A stretch of DNA of 64,000 nt, taken from NCBI GenBank assembly GCA_963667175.2, contig CAXXXF010000014.1, positions 1 through 64,000 of the forward strand, written 5' to 3'. Made by a program: the position numbers and the translations under genes. This DNA comes from Candidatus Latescibacterota bacterium. GTDB lineage: Bacteria > Latescibacterota > UBA2968 > GCA-2709665. The notes beneath the pieces are model-generated. The model was not told the DNA's origin, ran no database searches, and saw only the letters and a list, made by a program, of their open reading frames with translations. Positions 10,017 through 20,085 of the stretch are shown piece after piece. Each line of letters opens with the position of its first letter. Position 1 is the first letter of the stretch.

Positions 10017-10190
10017 GGTTGTCGACCGGGACGGAACACATGGGGCGTGGCCGTGCGGATGCGAGGAGACGGAATCGCACAGTGGAAGCCGGTATCACCG
10101 ACCGTGCGCGGACGGTGGGATCGAGTGTGAGAATGTATCGGTAACGGGCTGCATTTGCAAGCCAATTTTCGTCATTCCGGCGGTGATCAT

Positions 10191-10976
10191 TTGAAACGTG
10201 ACGCCATCAATCAGTTTCTTCAATCCTTTCGGGATTCCGTCCTCGGGTTCGTATATCCCCCGCACTGTCTGCTCTGTCGGACACCGCTCGAGGAAACCGA
10301 CGGGTTATGTCCCGCTTGCTGGGAGACGCTGGGCATCATCCATGATCCGCGGTGCGGCCGGTGCGGCTGTCCGGGCGTCTCCCGGCCGTGCGCGAATTGT
10401 GCGGACAAGGCCTTTGTATTTTCCCGGTTGTTTGCGCTTACGACGTACAGCCAGCCGGCGCAGCGGCTGGTTCACATGTTGAAATACCAGGGGCAGACCG
10501 CTGCCGGCCAGACCCTCGGCCGGGCCCTGGGTCGGATGCTGGAAGGAAAATCGCTCGCGGAAGCCGGGCCGGTCGTTGTGCCGGTGCCCCTGCACGGCAG
10601 CAGGCTGCGCGAAAGGGGGTACAACCAGAGCGTACTGATCGCCCGCGCCCTTGCACGGGTGCTGGATCTGACCGTTGAGGACCGTGCGCTCAAGCGTATT
10701 CGCGCCACGGAAACCCAGACGAACCTGGACTCGGTGGAACGCGGCGCGAATATGGAGGGCGCGTTCCGCTGTCGCCGGCGCGATCGGGTCAAGAACCGCC
10801 GGGTCCTGCTTGTGGACGACGTGATTACCACGGGGGCTACGGCCAACGCCTGTGCCGCGGCGCTGCTCGAAGCGGGCGCATCCGGAGTCGACGTGGCGAC
10901 CGCGGCGTGTCCCTATTTCGATGCGAAAAAAACCGGCGCCCAAACGGACGACACCGACGCCCGTCTTTTCATCTAA
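10191..10976 (+). CDS. comF: ComF family protein (zinc ribbon + PRTase)
   Basis: YPPHCLLC, CPAC, CGRC, VPVPLH..RLRERGYNQS, LLVDDVITTGAT; start approximate. Confidence 0.9.
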   Translation: MKRDAINQFLQSFRDSVLGFVYPPHCLLCRTPLEETDGLCPACWETLGIIHDPRCGRCGCPGVSRPCANCADKAFVFSRLFALTTYSQPAQRLVHMLKYQGQTAAGQTLGRALGRMLEGKSLAEAGPVVVPVPLHGSRLRERGYNQSVLIARALARVLDLTVEDRALKRIRATETQTNLDSVERGANMEGAFRCRRRDRVKNRRVLLVDDVITTGATANACAAALLEAGASGVDVATAACPYFDAKKTGAQTDDTDARLFI

Positions 10977-11012
10977 CGCGTTGATTCCAAACACTTTGAC
11001 AAAAAAAACAAC

Positions 11013-11041
11013 TTGACACTGAGCGTGTGATGCGTTAAATT
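11013..11041 (+). promoter_or_regulatory. Sigma70-type promoter of the glycolytic operon
   Basis: TTGACA-17 nt-TAAATT. Confidence 0.55.
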
Positions 11042-11145
11042 TACTGTTTGCGAACGAGTCGTTTTGCGGATGGGCAGCCGTGTAAACGGACCCTGTCCGT
11101 GCGATAAATCATGCGTGACAATCGGACCTGACGCGGAGCGCTCCC

Positions 11146-12183
11146 ATGGCGATCAGGCGTGTTGGCATTTTAACCGGCGGCGGCGATTGCCCCGGGTTGA
11201 ACGCGGTAATACGGGCGGTTACCCGCAAGGGCATAGACGCTTACGGTTACGAAATCGTGGGTGTTATGCTGGGCTGGAGAGGCATGCTCGAGTCGATCAC
11301 CATGCCGCTGGACCTGAATGCCGTTTCGGGCATCCTGCCCCGGGGAGGTACCATCCTCGGCACGTCCAGGACCAATCCGTACAAGGAGCCCAACGGCAGC
11401 GCTACCGTAAAGGAGAATCTGGTCAATATGGGGCTGGATGCGCTGATTGCCGTCGGCGGAGACGACACGGTCGGCGTGGCGAGCAAGCTGTACGAAGAAG
11501 GCGTCAACGTCATCGGCGTGCCAAAGACCATCGACAATGACCTAGACGGCACGGACCAGACCTTCGGTTTCGATACGGCCATCAATACCGTCACGGACGC
11601 CATTGACAGGCTGCATACGACTGCCGAGTCCCACAACCGGGTGATGGTGGTGGAGGTGATGGGGCGTCACGCGGGCTGGATCGCCGTGGAAGCGGGCATC
11701 GCGGGCGGCGCCGACATGGTCCTGATACCCGAACAGACCGTCGACCTGGACATGGTCTGCGCGTCCATTCAGAAACGCCACGACCGCGGCAAGACCTTCA
11801 GCATCGTGGTGGTTGCCGAGGGCGCCAGGCTGTCGGACGAGTCGCACGTTCTTCAGTCCGAGGAACGCGATGCCTTCGGGCACGTCCGTCTGGGCGGAAT
11901 CGGCATCGTACTTGGTGAAGAAATAGAAAAGCGAACGGGCTTCGAAACCCGGGTCACCGTGCTGGGGCACATCCAGCGCGGAGGCAATCCGACTGCGTTC
12001 GACCGCGTTCTGGGCACCCGTTTCGGCATCGCTGCGATCGACCTCGCGCACGCCGGCGAATTCGGCCAGATGGTGGCGTTGCGGGGTACGGATATCATAT
12101 CTGTACCGCTGAAAGACGCGGTATCCAAGTTGCGCACCGTCGACATGAATTTGTATGACATCGCCAGGGTCTTTTTCGGCTGA
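11146..12183 (+). CDS. pfp: PfkA-family 6-phosphofructokinase with PPi-type signature
   Basis: TGGGDCPGLN, GGDDT, PKTIDND, EVMGRHAG, LGHIQRGG. Confidence 0.88.
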   Translation: MAIRRVGILTGGGDCPGLNAVIRAVTRKGIDAYGYEIVGVMLGWRGMLESITMPLDLNAVSGILPRGGTILGTSRTNPYKEPNGSATVKENLVNMGLDALIAVGGDDTVGVASKLYEEGVNVIGVPKTIDNDLDGTDQTFGFDTAINTVTDAIDRLHTTAESHNRVMVVEVMGRHAGWIAVEAGIAGGADMVLIPEQTVDLDMVCASIQKRHDRGKTFSIVVVAEGARLSDESHVLQSEERDAFGHVRLGGIGIVLGEEIEKRTGFETRVTVLGHIQRGGNPTAFDRVLGTRFGIAAIDLAHAGEFGQMVALRGTDIISVPLKDAVSKLRTVDMNLYDIARVFFG

Positions 12184-12216
12184 CCCGTCATACCGGGTTT
12201 GCAGAACGGTTGAACC

Positions 12217-12272
12217 GGGAGCGCATCGCAGTCATTCGGCCGCCCGGATGGGTTTCTTCAACGGGCTGTCTA
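12217..12272. mobile_element. Truncated MITE remnant (one end)
   Basis: 12242-12268 matches 22719-22745 at 23/27 nt; also shares gggagcgc. Confidence 0.55.
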
Positions 12273-12333
12273 GCCAGCGTGTCCCCGGCGGCGAGCGGCC
12301 GGCGGGCTTCAATTTGATCGGGAGGTCGACAGA

Positions 12334-13347
12334 ATGGCGATCAGAGTGGCCATTAACGGATTCGGGCGAATCGGCCGGCTGGTATTTCGGGCCGCGATGC
12401 GCAGACCCGGCATCGACGTGGCGGCGGTGAACGACCTGACCGACGCCGGTACGCTCGGGCATCTGCTGAAGTACGACTCGACGCACGGCAGATATCCGGG
12501 CAACGTGGAAATCCGGGAAAAATCGCTGGCCGTGGACGGCAGCGAGGTCATCGTACTGGCCGAGCGGGATCCGGTGATGCTGCCGTGGCGGTCTCTCGGC
12601 GTGGACGTTGTGATCGAATCAACGGGGTTCTTTACGGATAAGGACAGCGCCGGCAAGCATCTCGACGCGGGCGCCGGGCGGGTGATCATTTCCGCTCCTG
12701 CCAGGGGCGACGTGCCAACGGTGGTGATGGGCATTAACCACGAGACCCTGTCCGGACACGACAGGGTGATTTCCAATGCTTCGTGTACCACGAACTGCCT
12801 GGCCCCCATGGTAAGCGTCCTGCAGGAGGCCTTCGGCGTCGAAAAGGGACTGATGACGACCATTCACGCCTATACGGGCGACCAGCGCATGATCGATGCG
12901 CCGCACTCGGATCTGCGCCGGGCGAGATCCGCGGCCCTTTCCATGATCCCCACAACCACCGGGGCGGCCAGCGCGGTGGGCAGGGTCATCCCCGAGTTGA
13001 ACGGAAGCCTGGACGGGATGGCCGTACGCGTTCCCACGCCCGACGGCTCCTATACGGATTTCGTGGCGACACTCCGGAACCCGGCGACCGCGGAATCGGT
13101 CAACGACGCGTTCAAGGAGGCTGCGGGGGGCCGTCTCAAGGGCATCCTGGAGTTTTCCGACGAGCCCCTGGTCTCGGCGGATATCATCGGCAACCCCCAC
13201 TCCTGCGTGTTCGATTCCGAAATGACGACGGTCATGTGCGGGACGATGGTCAAGGTGTGCGGCTGGTACGACAACGAATGGGGGTATTCATGCCGGTGCG
13301 TGGATCTCGTCGAAACGCTGGATAAAGCCCGGTGGGCGGACGCGTAG
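12334..13347 (+). CDS. gap: Type I glyceraldehyde-3-phosphate dehydrogenase
   Basis: INGFGRIGR, NASCTTNCLAP, WYDNEWGYS. Confidence 0.98.
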   Translation: MAIRVAINGFGRIGRLVFRAAMRRPGIDVAAVNDLTDAGTLGHLLKYDSTHGRYPGNVEIREKSLAVDGSEVIVLAERDPVMLPWRSLGVDVVIESTGFFTDKDSAGKHLDAGAGRVIISAPARGDVPTVVMGINHETLSGHDRVISNASCTTNCLAPMVSVLQEAFGVEKGLMTTIHAYTGDQRMIDAPHSDLRRARSAALSMIPTTTGAASAVGRVIPELNGSLDGMAVRVPTPDGSYTDFVATLRNPATAESVNDAFKEAAGGRLKGILEFSDEPLVSADIIGNPHSCVFDSEMTTVMCGTMVKVCGWYDNEWGYSCRCVDLVETLDKARWADA

Positions 13348-13527
13348 ACGCCGCCGCGGAAGGCATGTCCGGAGCAAGGCGGCGTTGCGCAACAAACGTA
13401 TATATGTAGACCGCTTTCGGTAAAGCTGCCGGTGAGCGGGTATTCGGGAGCCAGACTACGCACGAAATGAGCGCAGGACGGCTCCCTGTCTTATGACCGC
13501 AGGAAGCTGGCGCCGGGGATCGGCGAT

Positions 13528-14721
13528 ATGGCGAAACTTTCGATTACGGATCTGGAGCTGGCCGGACGGCGGGTGCTGGTACGGGTGGATTTCAACGTGC
13601 CGCTCCGGAACCGCGAGGTCGCGGACGACACGCGCATTCGTGCCGCGCTCCCCACGGTCCGATATATTCTGGATCGCGGAGGCGTTCCGATCCTGATGTC
13701 CCACCTGGGCAGGCCCGGCGGGCGCGCCGATCCCGAATTTTCTCTGACGCCCGTGGCCGAACGCCTCGGCGAATTGTTGGGACGAGAGGTCCTGATGGCG
13801 CCAGATTGCGTGGGTCCGGAAACGGAGTCGCTCGCGAAGCGCGCGGACGGGGTGGTCCTGCTCGAAAACCTGAGGTTTTACGTGGCGGAAGAAGCGAACG
13901 ATCCCGAATTCGCCCGCCAGCTCTGTGAAATGGCTTCGGTGTACGTAAACGATGCTTTCGGCACGGCGCACCGGGCGCACGCTTCCACCGAAGGCGTCAC
14001 CCACAACTTCGTCGACTGCGCTGCCGGGTTCCTTATGCAGCGGGAACTGGATTCGCTGGAAAAAGCACTGTCCGCGCCGGCCAGGCCGTTTGTCGCCCTC
14101 CTCGGCGGCGCGAAGATTTCAGGAAAGATCGACGTCATTCAGCACCTGCTGACCCTCGTGGATACGCTTCTGATTGGCGGAGGCATGGCGTACACGTTCT
14201 TCAGGGCGATGGGATTGGAAATCGGGCGGTCCCTTCTCGAGGCGGACCGGGTCGGGATGGCGGAGGTCCTCCTGCAGCGCGCTGACGACGCAGGAGTCCG
14301 GCTGTTGCTGCCCACGGACTGTGTGGTTGCGGCCGAGCCGCGTGAGAACGCGGCGGTACAGGTTGTACCGTTTGACGAAATACCTGCAGACCTGGAGGGG
14401 TTCGATATCGGACCCGACACACGGGAGAAATTCTCGGCGGAAATCCTGAGCGCCGGATCCGTGGTGTGGAACGGACCGATGGGCGTGTCGGAGGTTTCCA
14501 CCTTTGCTCCGGGTACGGAGGCGGTGGCGTACGCCGTCGCCGAGGCGGCGTCGCACGGCGCCAATACCCTCGCTGGCGGCGGAGAGACGGTCGAAGCACT
14601 GACAACGTGCGGTCTCGCGGACAGGCTGGGCCATGTTTCAACGGGCGGCGGGGCCTTCCTGGAGTTTCTCGAAGGCAGGGTGCTTCCGGGCGTGGCCGCC
14701 CTGTCGGATCGCGAACCGTGA
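13528..14721 (+). CDS. pgk: Phosphoglycerate kinase
   Basis: RVDFNVPL, SHLGRP, LLENLRF, DAFGTAHRAHAS, HVSTGGGA. Confidence 0.98.
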   Translation: MAKLSITDLELAGRRVLVRVDFNVPLRNREVADDTRIRAALPTVRYILDRGGVPILMSHLGRPGGRADPEFSLTPVAERLGELLGREVLMAPDCVGPETESLAKRADGVVLLENLRFYVAEEANDPEFARQLCEMASVYVNDAFGTAHRAHASTEGVTHNFVDCAAGFLMQRELDSLEKALSAPARPFVALLGGAKISGKIDVIQHLLTLVDTLLIGGGMAYTFFRAMGLEIGRSLLEADRVGMAEVLLQRADDAGVRLLLPTDCVVAAEPRENAAVQVVPFDEIPADLEGFDIGPDTREKFSAEILSAGSVVWNGPMGVSEVSTFAPGTEAVAYAVAEAASHGANTLAGGGETVEALTTCGLADRLGHVSTGGGAFLEFLEGRVLPGVAALSDREP

Positions 14722-14761
14722 ATCACACCCTGTGACCTGGCGATTTCGTACGGAGACCGGG

Positions 14762-15520
14762 ATGCGAGTACCCATTGTGGCGGGAAACTGGAAGATGCAC
14801 ATGGCGTCGGGCGAGGCGGAGGACCTCGCGCGGAGAATTCTGGACTCGGTGGACGGCGCGACGGACGTTGAGGTCGTGGTATGCCCCGCCTTTACGGTTC
14901 TCGAGCGCGTGCGTAACGTGCTCGAGAGCAGTGCCGTAAAGTTGGGCGCGCAGAATCTGCACTGGGCGGATGAAGGGGCGTTTACAGGGGAGGTTTCGGC
15001 GGGCATGCTGTTGACATGCGGATGTGAGTACGTTATATTAGGACATTCTGAACGGCGCACGTACTTCGGCGAAACGGATACAACTGTAAATCAGCGGCTT
15101 AGGGCCGCCCTCAACGCCGGGCTGAAACCGATCGTCTGTGTGGGCGAAACCATCGGCGAGCGCCGGTTCGAGGAAACGAAACGGGTGATTCAGCGGCAGG
15201 TTTCGGCGGCTTTCTGCGACGTGACCGCATCGGATGCGACGGGGTGCGTGGTCGCCTACGAACCCGTGTGGGCCATCGGCACGGGACGGACGGCAACGCC
15301 CGAACAGGCCGAATCCGTTCACGCTTCAATCCGCAGGGGCTTCCAAGACCTGTACGGCGACCACGTCGCGAGATCGGTGCGAATCCAGTACGGCGGTTCC
15401 GTCAAGCCGGAGAATGCCGCCGATCTGTTTAACCGGTCCGATATCGACGGCGGTTTGATCGGAGGCGCTTCGCTCGAGTCCGATGCATTCTCGGCCATCG
15501 TAAAGGCTGCAATTCAGTAG
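14762..15520 (+). CDS. tpiA: Triosephosphate isomerase
   Basis: AGNWKM, GHSERR, AYEPVWAIGTG, YGGSV, GGASL. Confidence 0.98.
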   Translation: MRVPIVAGNWKMHMASGEAEDLARRILDSVDGATDVEVVVCPAFTVLERVRNVLESSAVKLGAQNLHWADEGAFTGEVSAGMLLTCGCEYVILGHSERRTYFGETDTTVNQRLRAALNAGLKPIVCVGETIGERRFEETKRVIQRQVSAAFCDVTASDATGCVVAYEPVWAIGTGRTATPEQAESVHASIRRGFQDLYGDHVARSVRIQYGGSVKPENAADLFNRSDIDGGLIGGASLESDAFSAIVKAAIQ

Positions 15521-15529
15521 GAATCAACA

Positions 15530-15922
15530 ATGACTACGCTTCTTCTCATCGTTCATGTTCTGGTTTGCCTGGTATTGATCGTAACCATTCTGCTGCAGGC
15601 CAGCAAAGGGGGCGGACTTTCCACCGCTTTCGGCGGCGGCGGCGGAAGCGCGATGTTCGGCGGGGCCGGCGCCGCCACGTTTCTGAGCAAGGTTACCACC
15701 GTTCTGGCGGTTGTTTTTTTTCTGACCTGCATCGCACTCTGGTACGCTTCCCGGGGCGATAGCTCGGTCCCGGAGAGCGCGGCCGAGCGTGCCCTCCGGG
15801 AACAGCCCTTTCCGCTTCAGAGCACGCCGTCCGGCCTGCCTCAGCCTCTCGCCCCGTCCGGACGGGGCGCGGCATCCGAACGTACCCAGCCGGCAACTTC
15901 ACCCGCCGATACCGTACGGTAG
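15530..15922 (+). CDS. secG: Preprotein translocase subunit SecG
   Basis: Two TM helices, ILLQASKGGGLS, FLSKVT; conserved tpiA-secG-tRNA-Leu synteny. Confidence 0.95.
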   Translation: MTTLLLIVHVLVCLVLIVTILLQASKGGGLSTAFGGGGGSAMFGGAGAATFLSKVTTVLAVVFFLTCIALWYASRGDSSVPESAAERALREQPFPLQSTPSGLPQPLAPSGRGAASERTQPATSPADTVR

Positions 15923-16012
15923 CGATTCCCGGCGACTTCCCGAATCCGAACGATGGCCACTGTCGGTCGTTCCGCCGGTCCGATCGGTTCGGCAGACGGC
16001 CGGTTTCATTTT

Positions 16013-16099
16013 GCCGAAGTGGTGGAAATGGTAGACACGCTGTGTTGAGGGCGCAGTGGGCGCATGCCCGTCCGAGTTCGAGTCTCGGCTTCGGCACCA
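16013..16099 (+). tRNA. tRNA-Leu(GAG)
   Basis: Acceptor gccgaag/cttcggc plus encoded CCA; anticodon arm ctgtg-ttGAGgg-cgcag; long variable arm; gttcgag T loop. Confidence 0.95.
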
Positions 16100-16105
16100 A
16101 AAAAC

Positions 16106-16137
16106 AAGGGTTACGTCAAAACGACGTAACCCTTTTT
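16106..16137 (+). terminator. Rho-independent terminator
   Basis: aagggttacgtc-aaaac-gacgtaaccctt followed by a T run. Confidence 0.85.
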
Positions 16138-16183
16138 CGTTGGCGCCTTCCCAAAAAAGATCGGAGAGCGCCACGCGGTATGC

Positions 16184-17317
16184 CTACCAGTTCGTGAACG
16201 AACCGTCTTCCCGCTTCAGCCGGGGACCATGCCCCCACCGGAACGGATATTTCGCTGCCGCGGCCTCGTCGAATTCAACCCCCAGCCCCGGGCGGTCGGG
16301 CGCGAGCAGGTAACCTGATTCGTACGGCGCCTGCACGGGAAACAGGTCCTCCATGACGGTGCGCCCGACCAGGCCGCCTTCCTGAACGGCGAAATTGTCC
16401 GTGGCAACGTCCAGGTGGAGGCAGGCGGCGGCCGAAACCGGCCCGAGCGGGTTGTGGGGCACGATCCTGATGTAGTGGGTCTCGCACCAGCTGGCCACCT
16501 TGCGGGCCTCGGTCAGCCCCCCCACGATACAGAGGTCGATTCGCGCGTAGTCGGCCAGTTCTTCCTCGATGAGCTGACGGAACTCCCACTTGGTTGCATA
16601 GTGTTCCCCCACGGCCAGCGGACAGTTCACGTGGTTGCGGACCAGCCGGTAGGTCTGCGGGTTCTCACACCTGAGCGGGTCTTCGATGAAAAACGGATCG
16701 TACGGTTCCAGTTTGCGGCCAAGGCGGATGGTGTCGGGCGGGTCCAGACGCGTGTGAACGTCGATGCATAGCTCGATATCGGGTCCGACGGCCTCGCGAG
16801 CGGCGGCGAAATGCGCGACAGAGTCTCGAACTGCCGCTGAGGGCTCGAGGATACCGTCACGGTCCAGAACGGACATTCGCAGGTATTTCCATCCTTCCGA
16901 GACCCGGTCCTTCGCTGAACGCGCCGTTTCTTCGGGCGTCCTGCCGCCGATGCCGGTGTAGCAGACCACACGGTCCCGGAGCCTGCCGCCCAGCAGCATG
17001 TAGACCGGCTGGTCCAGGGCCTTGCCCTTGATGTCCCACAGGGCGATATCGATCGCGCTTATCGCGGCCATATGGATGCGGCCGCCGGGGAAGAAATCGC
17101 CCCGGAACAGGATTTGCCAGATGTATTCGACGTTGAGCGGGTCCTGGCCGATGAGATCGGAGGCCATGTGCCGAATCGCGCCGACGCCGGCCTGCTCTTT
17201 CCACGTGATCCCGAATTCGCCCACACCGTAGATGCCCTCGTCGGTTTCGATCTTGACGAAAAGGTAGTTCCGGGAACCGTAGAAGACGGGAAAGGTCTTG
17301 ACTTCTGTAATCTTCAT
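16184..17317 (-). CDS. Enolase-superfamily dehydratase (DgoD/mandelate racemase-like)
   Basis: SAIDIALWDIKGK, IDVH, FIEDP, AVGE, PHNP, DGSFTNW. Confidence 0.9.
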   Translation of the reverse strand: MKITEVKTFPVFYGSRNYLFVKIETDEGIYGVGEFGITWKEQAGVGAIRHMASDLIGQDPLNVEYIWQILFRGDFFPGGRIHMAAISAIDIALWDIKGKALDQPVYMLLGGRLRDRVVCYTGIGGRTPEETARSAKDRVSEGWKYLRMSVLDRDGILEPSAAVRDSVAHFAAAREAVGPDIELCIDVHTRLDPPDTIRLGRKLEPYDPFFIEDPLRCENPQTYRLVRNHVNCPLAVGEHYATKWEFRQLIEEELADYARIDLCIVGGLTEARKVASWCETHYIRIVPHNPLGPVSAAACLHLDVATDNFAVQEGGLVGRTVMEDLFPVQAPYESGYLLAPDRPGLGVEFDEAAAAKYPFRWGHGPRLKREDGSFTNW

Positions 17318-17339
17318 CGCGCCTCTCTTTCTTACGATT

Positions 17340-18959
17340 TCATTGATCGGGATACAGCCACGGCACCTGCCGGATGAGGTCATCGCGTTGCTTCTGCATC
17401 ACAACTTCGATGACCGTCGGGCCCTCAAGGCCGATGACGTCGGCGAAAACCGCAGGAAAACGGTCGGGCGCTTCCACCCGCACGCCCCGAGCGCCCATGG
17501 AACGCGCAAGGTCGGCAATCCGGGGCGTCTGCATGTCGGTGTCGATGACCCGTCCGTTGAATGCCTTGGCCTGGGCGCCCCGGATGGCGCTGAGGCTGCC
17601 GTCGTTGATGACGACGCAGATGACTTCGATGCCGTGTTCGGCGGCGGTAGCCAGCTCAAAAGCGGTCATCTGAAATCCGCCGTCGCCGCAGAAGGCCGCC
17701 ACCTGGCGGTGGGGTTGGGCGAGTTTCGCGCCAATCGCCGCCGGCGCCGCGAAACCGAGTGTGACCGAATGACAGGGATACATGAAGCACCGGGGGTGGT
17801 CTATCGGGAATTCATCGAAGGACCGGTACCCGATAGAAGTCACGTCCACGGACACGATGGCGTCTGCGTCGAGACACTCTCTCATCGCGGACATGATCGG
17901 CAACGGCCGGCGGGACCTGGCGACTTCGCGCCGCGATGAATCCAGACGTTCGCTCCAGACCGCGGACGGTCTTCCGGTCTCGCCCAGCGCGTCCAGCAGC
18001 GCGGGTACAGACTGCTTCAGATCCCCCGCCGCACCCGCGTCGATGGAAATTTCCCGGCCGAGTTCGGCCGGATCCGGATCGAGTTGCACGCGCGCGGAGG
18101 GCAGTTCCATCGTCCAGCCGGACGTGTCGATCTGCGTGAACCGGCATCCCACGGCGATCAGCCCGTCTGATTGTTTGAGGACACTCTTGGCCAACCGGGC
18201 GCGGCAGTGACCGGCGGACAGCGGATGGGATTCTGGAAACGCGCCCTTGCCGAGCCGGCTGAAGATGACGGGGGCGTTCAGCGTTTCAGAAAACGCCCGA
18301 AGTTCGGAGGCCGCGTCCGCATCGGCCGTGTTGCCGCCCGTGAGGATTGCGGGCCGCTCCATGCGCGAGATGATTTCCGCGACGCGTTGGACGTCCTCAG
18401 GGTCCGGCGCGGGCCGGTCCCCGTTTACGTACGCGGGGACGTCGGCCTCCCCTTGTGCGGCGGCAACGTCCATGGGCAGTTCGATCACAGCCGGGCCCGG
18501 CCTCGGCGCGCGCAGCGCGGCAAAGGCGCCTGTGACGGCTTCGGGTATGTCTTCGACGCGCTCCGGCCGGGCGAAGAACCGGGTGATCGGCGCGAAGAAG
18601 GCGGCCTGGTCCAGGCCGTGGAAGCACTTGCTCCTGTCCCGTCCGTTGAACGCCACTTCGGTGCCGCCGGTGATCAGCAGCACGGGAACGCAGTCCGTGT
18701 GGGCATCGACAATCCCCGTGGAAGCGTTCGTGGCGCCGGGCCCGGGGACGGTGAGCGCAACCCCGACTTCGCCGGACGCGCGGGCGTACCCGTTGGCGAG
18801 TAGCGTCGCGCCCTGTTCGTTTCGGATGAGGTAATGATCGATACCGCCTGCCCGTAACAGCGCGTCGTAAATGTCGATATTCTGGTTGCCAGGCATGCCG
18901 GCGATACAGCGTACGTTCTGGGCTTTGAGGCTCCGGATCAGGACGTCGGCGCCAGTCAT
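17340..18959 (-). CDS. Thiamine pyrophosphate-dependent enzyme (acetolactate synthase-like)
   Basis: RNEQGA, PGPGATN, GDGGF...INDG TPP motif. Confidence 0.9.
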   Translation of the reverse strand: MTGADVLIRSLKAQNVRCIAGMPGNQNIDIYDALLRAGGIDHYLIRNEQGATLLANGYARASGEVGVALTVPGPGATNASTGIVDAHTDCVPVLLITGGTEVAFNGRDRSKCFHGLDQAAFFAPITRFFARPERVEDIPEAVTGAFAALRAPRPGPAVIELPMDVAAAQGEADVPAYVNGDRPAPDPEDVQRVAEIISRMERPAILTGGNTADADAASELRAFSETLNAPVIFSRLGKGAFPESHPLSAGHCRARLAKSVLKQSDGLIAVGCRFTQIDTSGWTMELPSARVQLDPDPAELGREISIDAGAAGDLKQSVPALLDALGETGRPSAVWSERLDSSRREVARSRRPLPIMSAMRECLDADAIVSVDVTSIGYRSFDEFPIDHPRCFMYPCHSVTLGFAAPAAIGAKLAQPHRQVAAFCGDGGFQMTAFELATAAEHGIEVICVVINDGSLSAIRGAQAKAFNGRVIDTDMQTPRIADLARSMGARGVRVEAPDRFPAVFADVIGLEGPTVIEVVMQKQRDDLIRQVPWLYPDQ

Positions 18960-19043
18960 GGTTCTTCCTTCAATACTTGCTTTGTTCTGCGTCGTGGTTA
19001 ATTTATATTGAACTCGGTGGAAGGAGAAAACAACGGGAAAGAT

Positions 19044-19817
19044 ATGACAAACCTAAACCAGGGGTTAAACAAAAAATCGCCAGCCGTCCACTGGCTGCTG
19101 GCGGCAGCGCTCGCAGCCATGGCGGCAGCCTGCGGGTCCGACGATCCTGCCGGGCCCGAAGACGAAGGAATGCCCCTCACACCCGGAATCCACAACAGAG
19201 TGCTGCCGCCCGGAAACCAGCGGTACACGATTTTCATTCCGTCCGGGTTCGACGCCGGGCTTCCGACGCCACTCATTCTGTCGCTGCATTACGGCGGTGT
19301 GGTCGTGCCGTATTACGGCAGCCGCTTGCTGGAGGTCCTGATCATGCCCGCGCTGGAAGACCTCGGGGCAATCATCGTGGCGCCGGAAGCGGTGGTTCAG
19401 GGCTGGGACAACGCGGAGAGCGAACAGAATGTGCTGGATCTGATCCGGGCGATCAAGGCCAACTACATGATCGACGAATCCAGGACGCTTGTGACCGGTT
19501 TCAGCATGGGCGGGCGGGGCGCCTGGTATCTGGCGGCGCGGCGCCCGGACCTGTTCCGGGCGGCGATTCCCATGGCCGCGGCGCCGGAAGAGAATGCCGT
19601 CGAGGTCAATTGGCAGGTTCCCCTGCTGGTGATCCACAGCGTCGCCGATGAGGTGATTCCGTTCGAACCCGTGGAAACGACCGTGCGGGCCCTGAAAGAG
19701 GCGGCCGTTCAGATAGAGATGATTGTCGTCCAGGACGTGACGCATTACCAGATCGAACTGTTTATTGCGCCGTTGCGCGCGGCCGTGCCATGGGTCCGGG
19801 AGGCATGGAGAAATTAG
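19044..19817 (+). CDS. Lipoprotein alpha/beta hydrolase (esterase-like)
   Basis: Lipobox AAAC, GFSMGG nucleophile elbow, HSVADEVIP, VTH. Confidence 0.8.
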   Translation: MTNLNQGLNKKSPAVHWLLAAALAAMAAACGSDDPAGPEDEGMPLTPGIHNRVLPPGNQRYTIFIPSGFDAGLPTPLILSLHYGGVVVPYYGSRLLEVLIMPALEDLGAIIVAPEAVVQGWDNAESEQNVLDLIRAIKANYMIDESRTLVTGFSMGGRGAWYLAARRPDLFRAAIPMAAAPEENAVEVNWQVPLLVIHSVADEVIPFEPVETTVRALKEAAVQIEMIVVQDVTHYQIELFIAPLRAAVPWVREAWRN

Positions 19818-19849
19818 TGTCCCGTCTGAAGAAACCCTCGCCATTCATC

Positions 19850-19882
19850 CCTGCCTGCGCCGCGGGCGTCGCGGCGGGCAGG
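19850..19882. repeat. CCTGCC...GGCAGG palindrome
   Basis: cctgcc-tg-cgccgcg-ggcgt-cgcggcg-ggcagg. Confidence 0.55.
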
Positions 19883-20085
19883 TCACCCTGCGTTGCGATC
19901 GCCTTGCCTGCCGGCCGCTTCTAACGGCCCGCGTGCAGCCACGTGCAACTTCGATACGGCGCATACTCCCTCCCCCCGCCGTACCCTTAAACCCTCTTCC
20001 AGGCACACACGCGGGACTTCTCGAACGCGAACTCTCTGTACCGGTCCACGGTAATCTGCCGAAAAGGACGGGAAAGGCGCCTGGT

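Noticed and set aside
10150-10167. Sigma54 promoter for the HAD-YvcK gene
   Set aside because: GG-to-GC spacing is one nucleotide short of the strict consensus
16013-16140. tRNA-Leu as an island attachment site
   Set aside because: Followed directly by a terminator; no integrase or duplicated tRNA 3' end was seen
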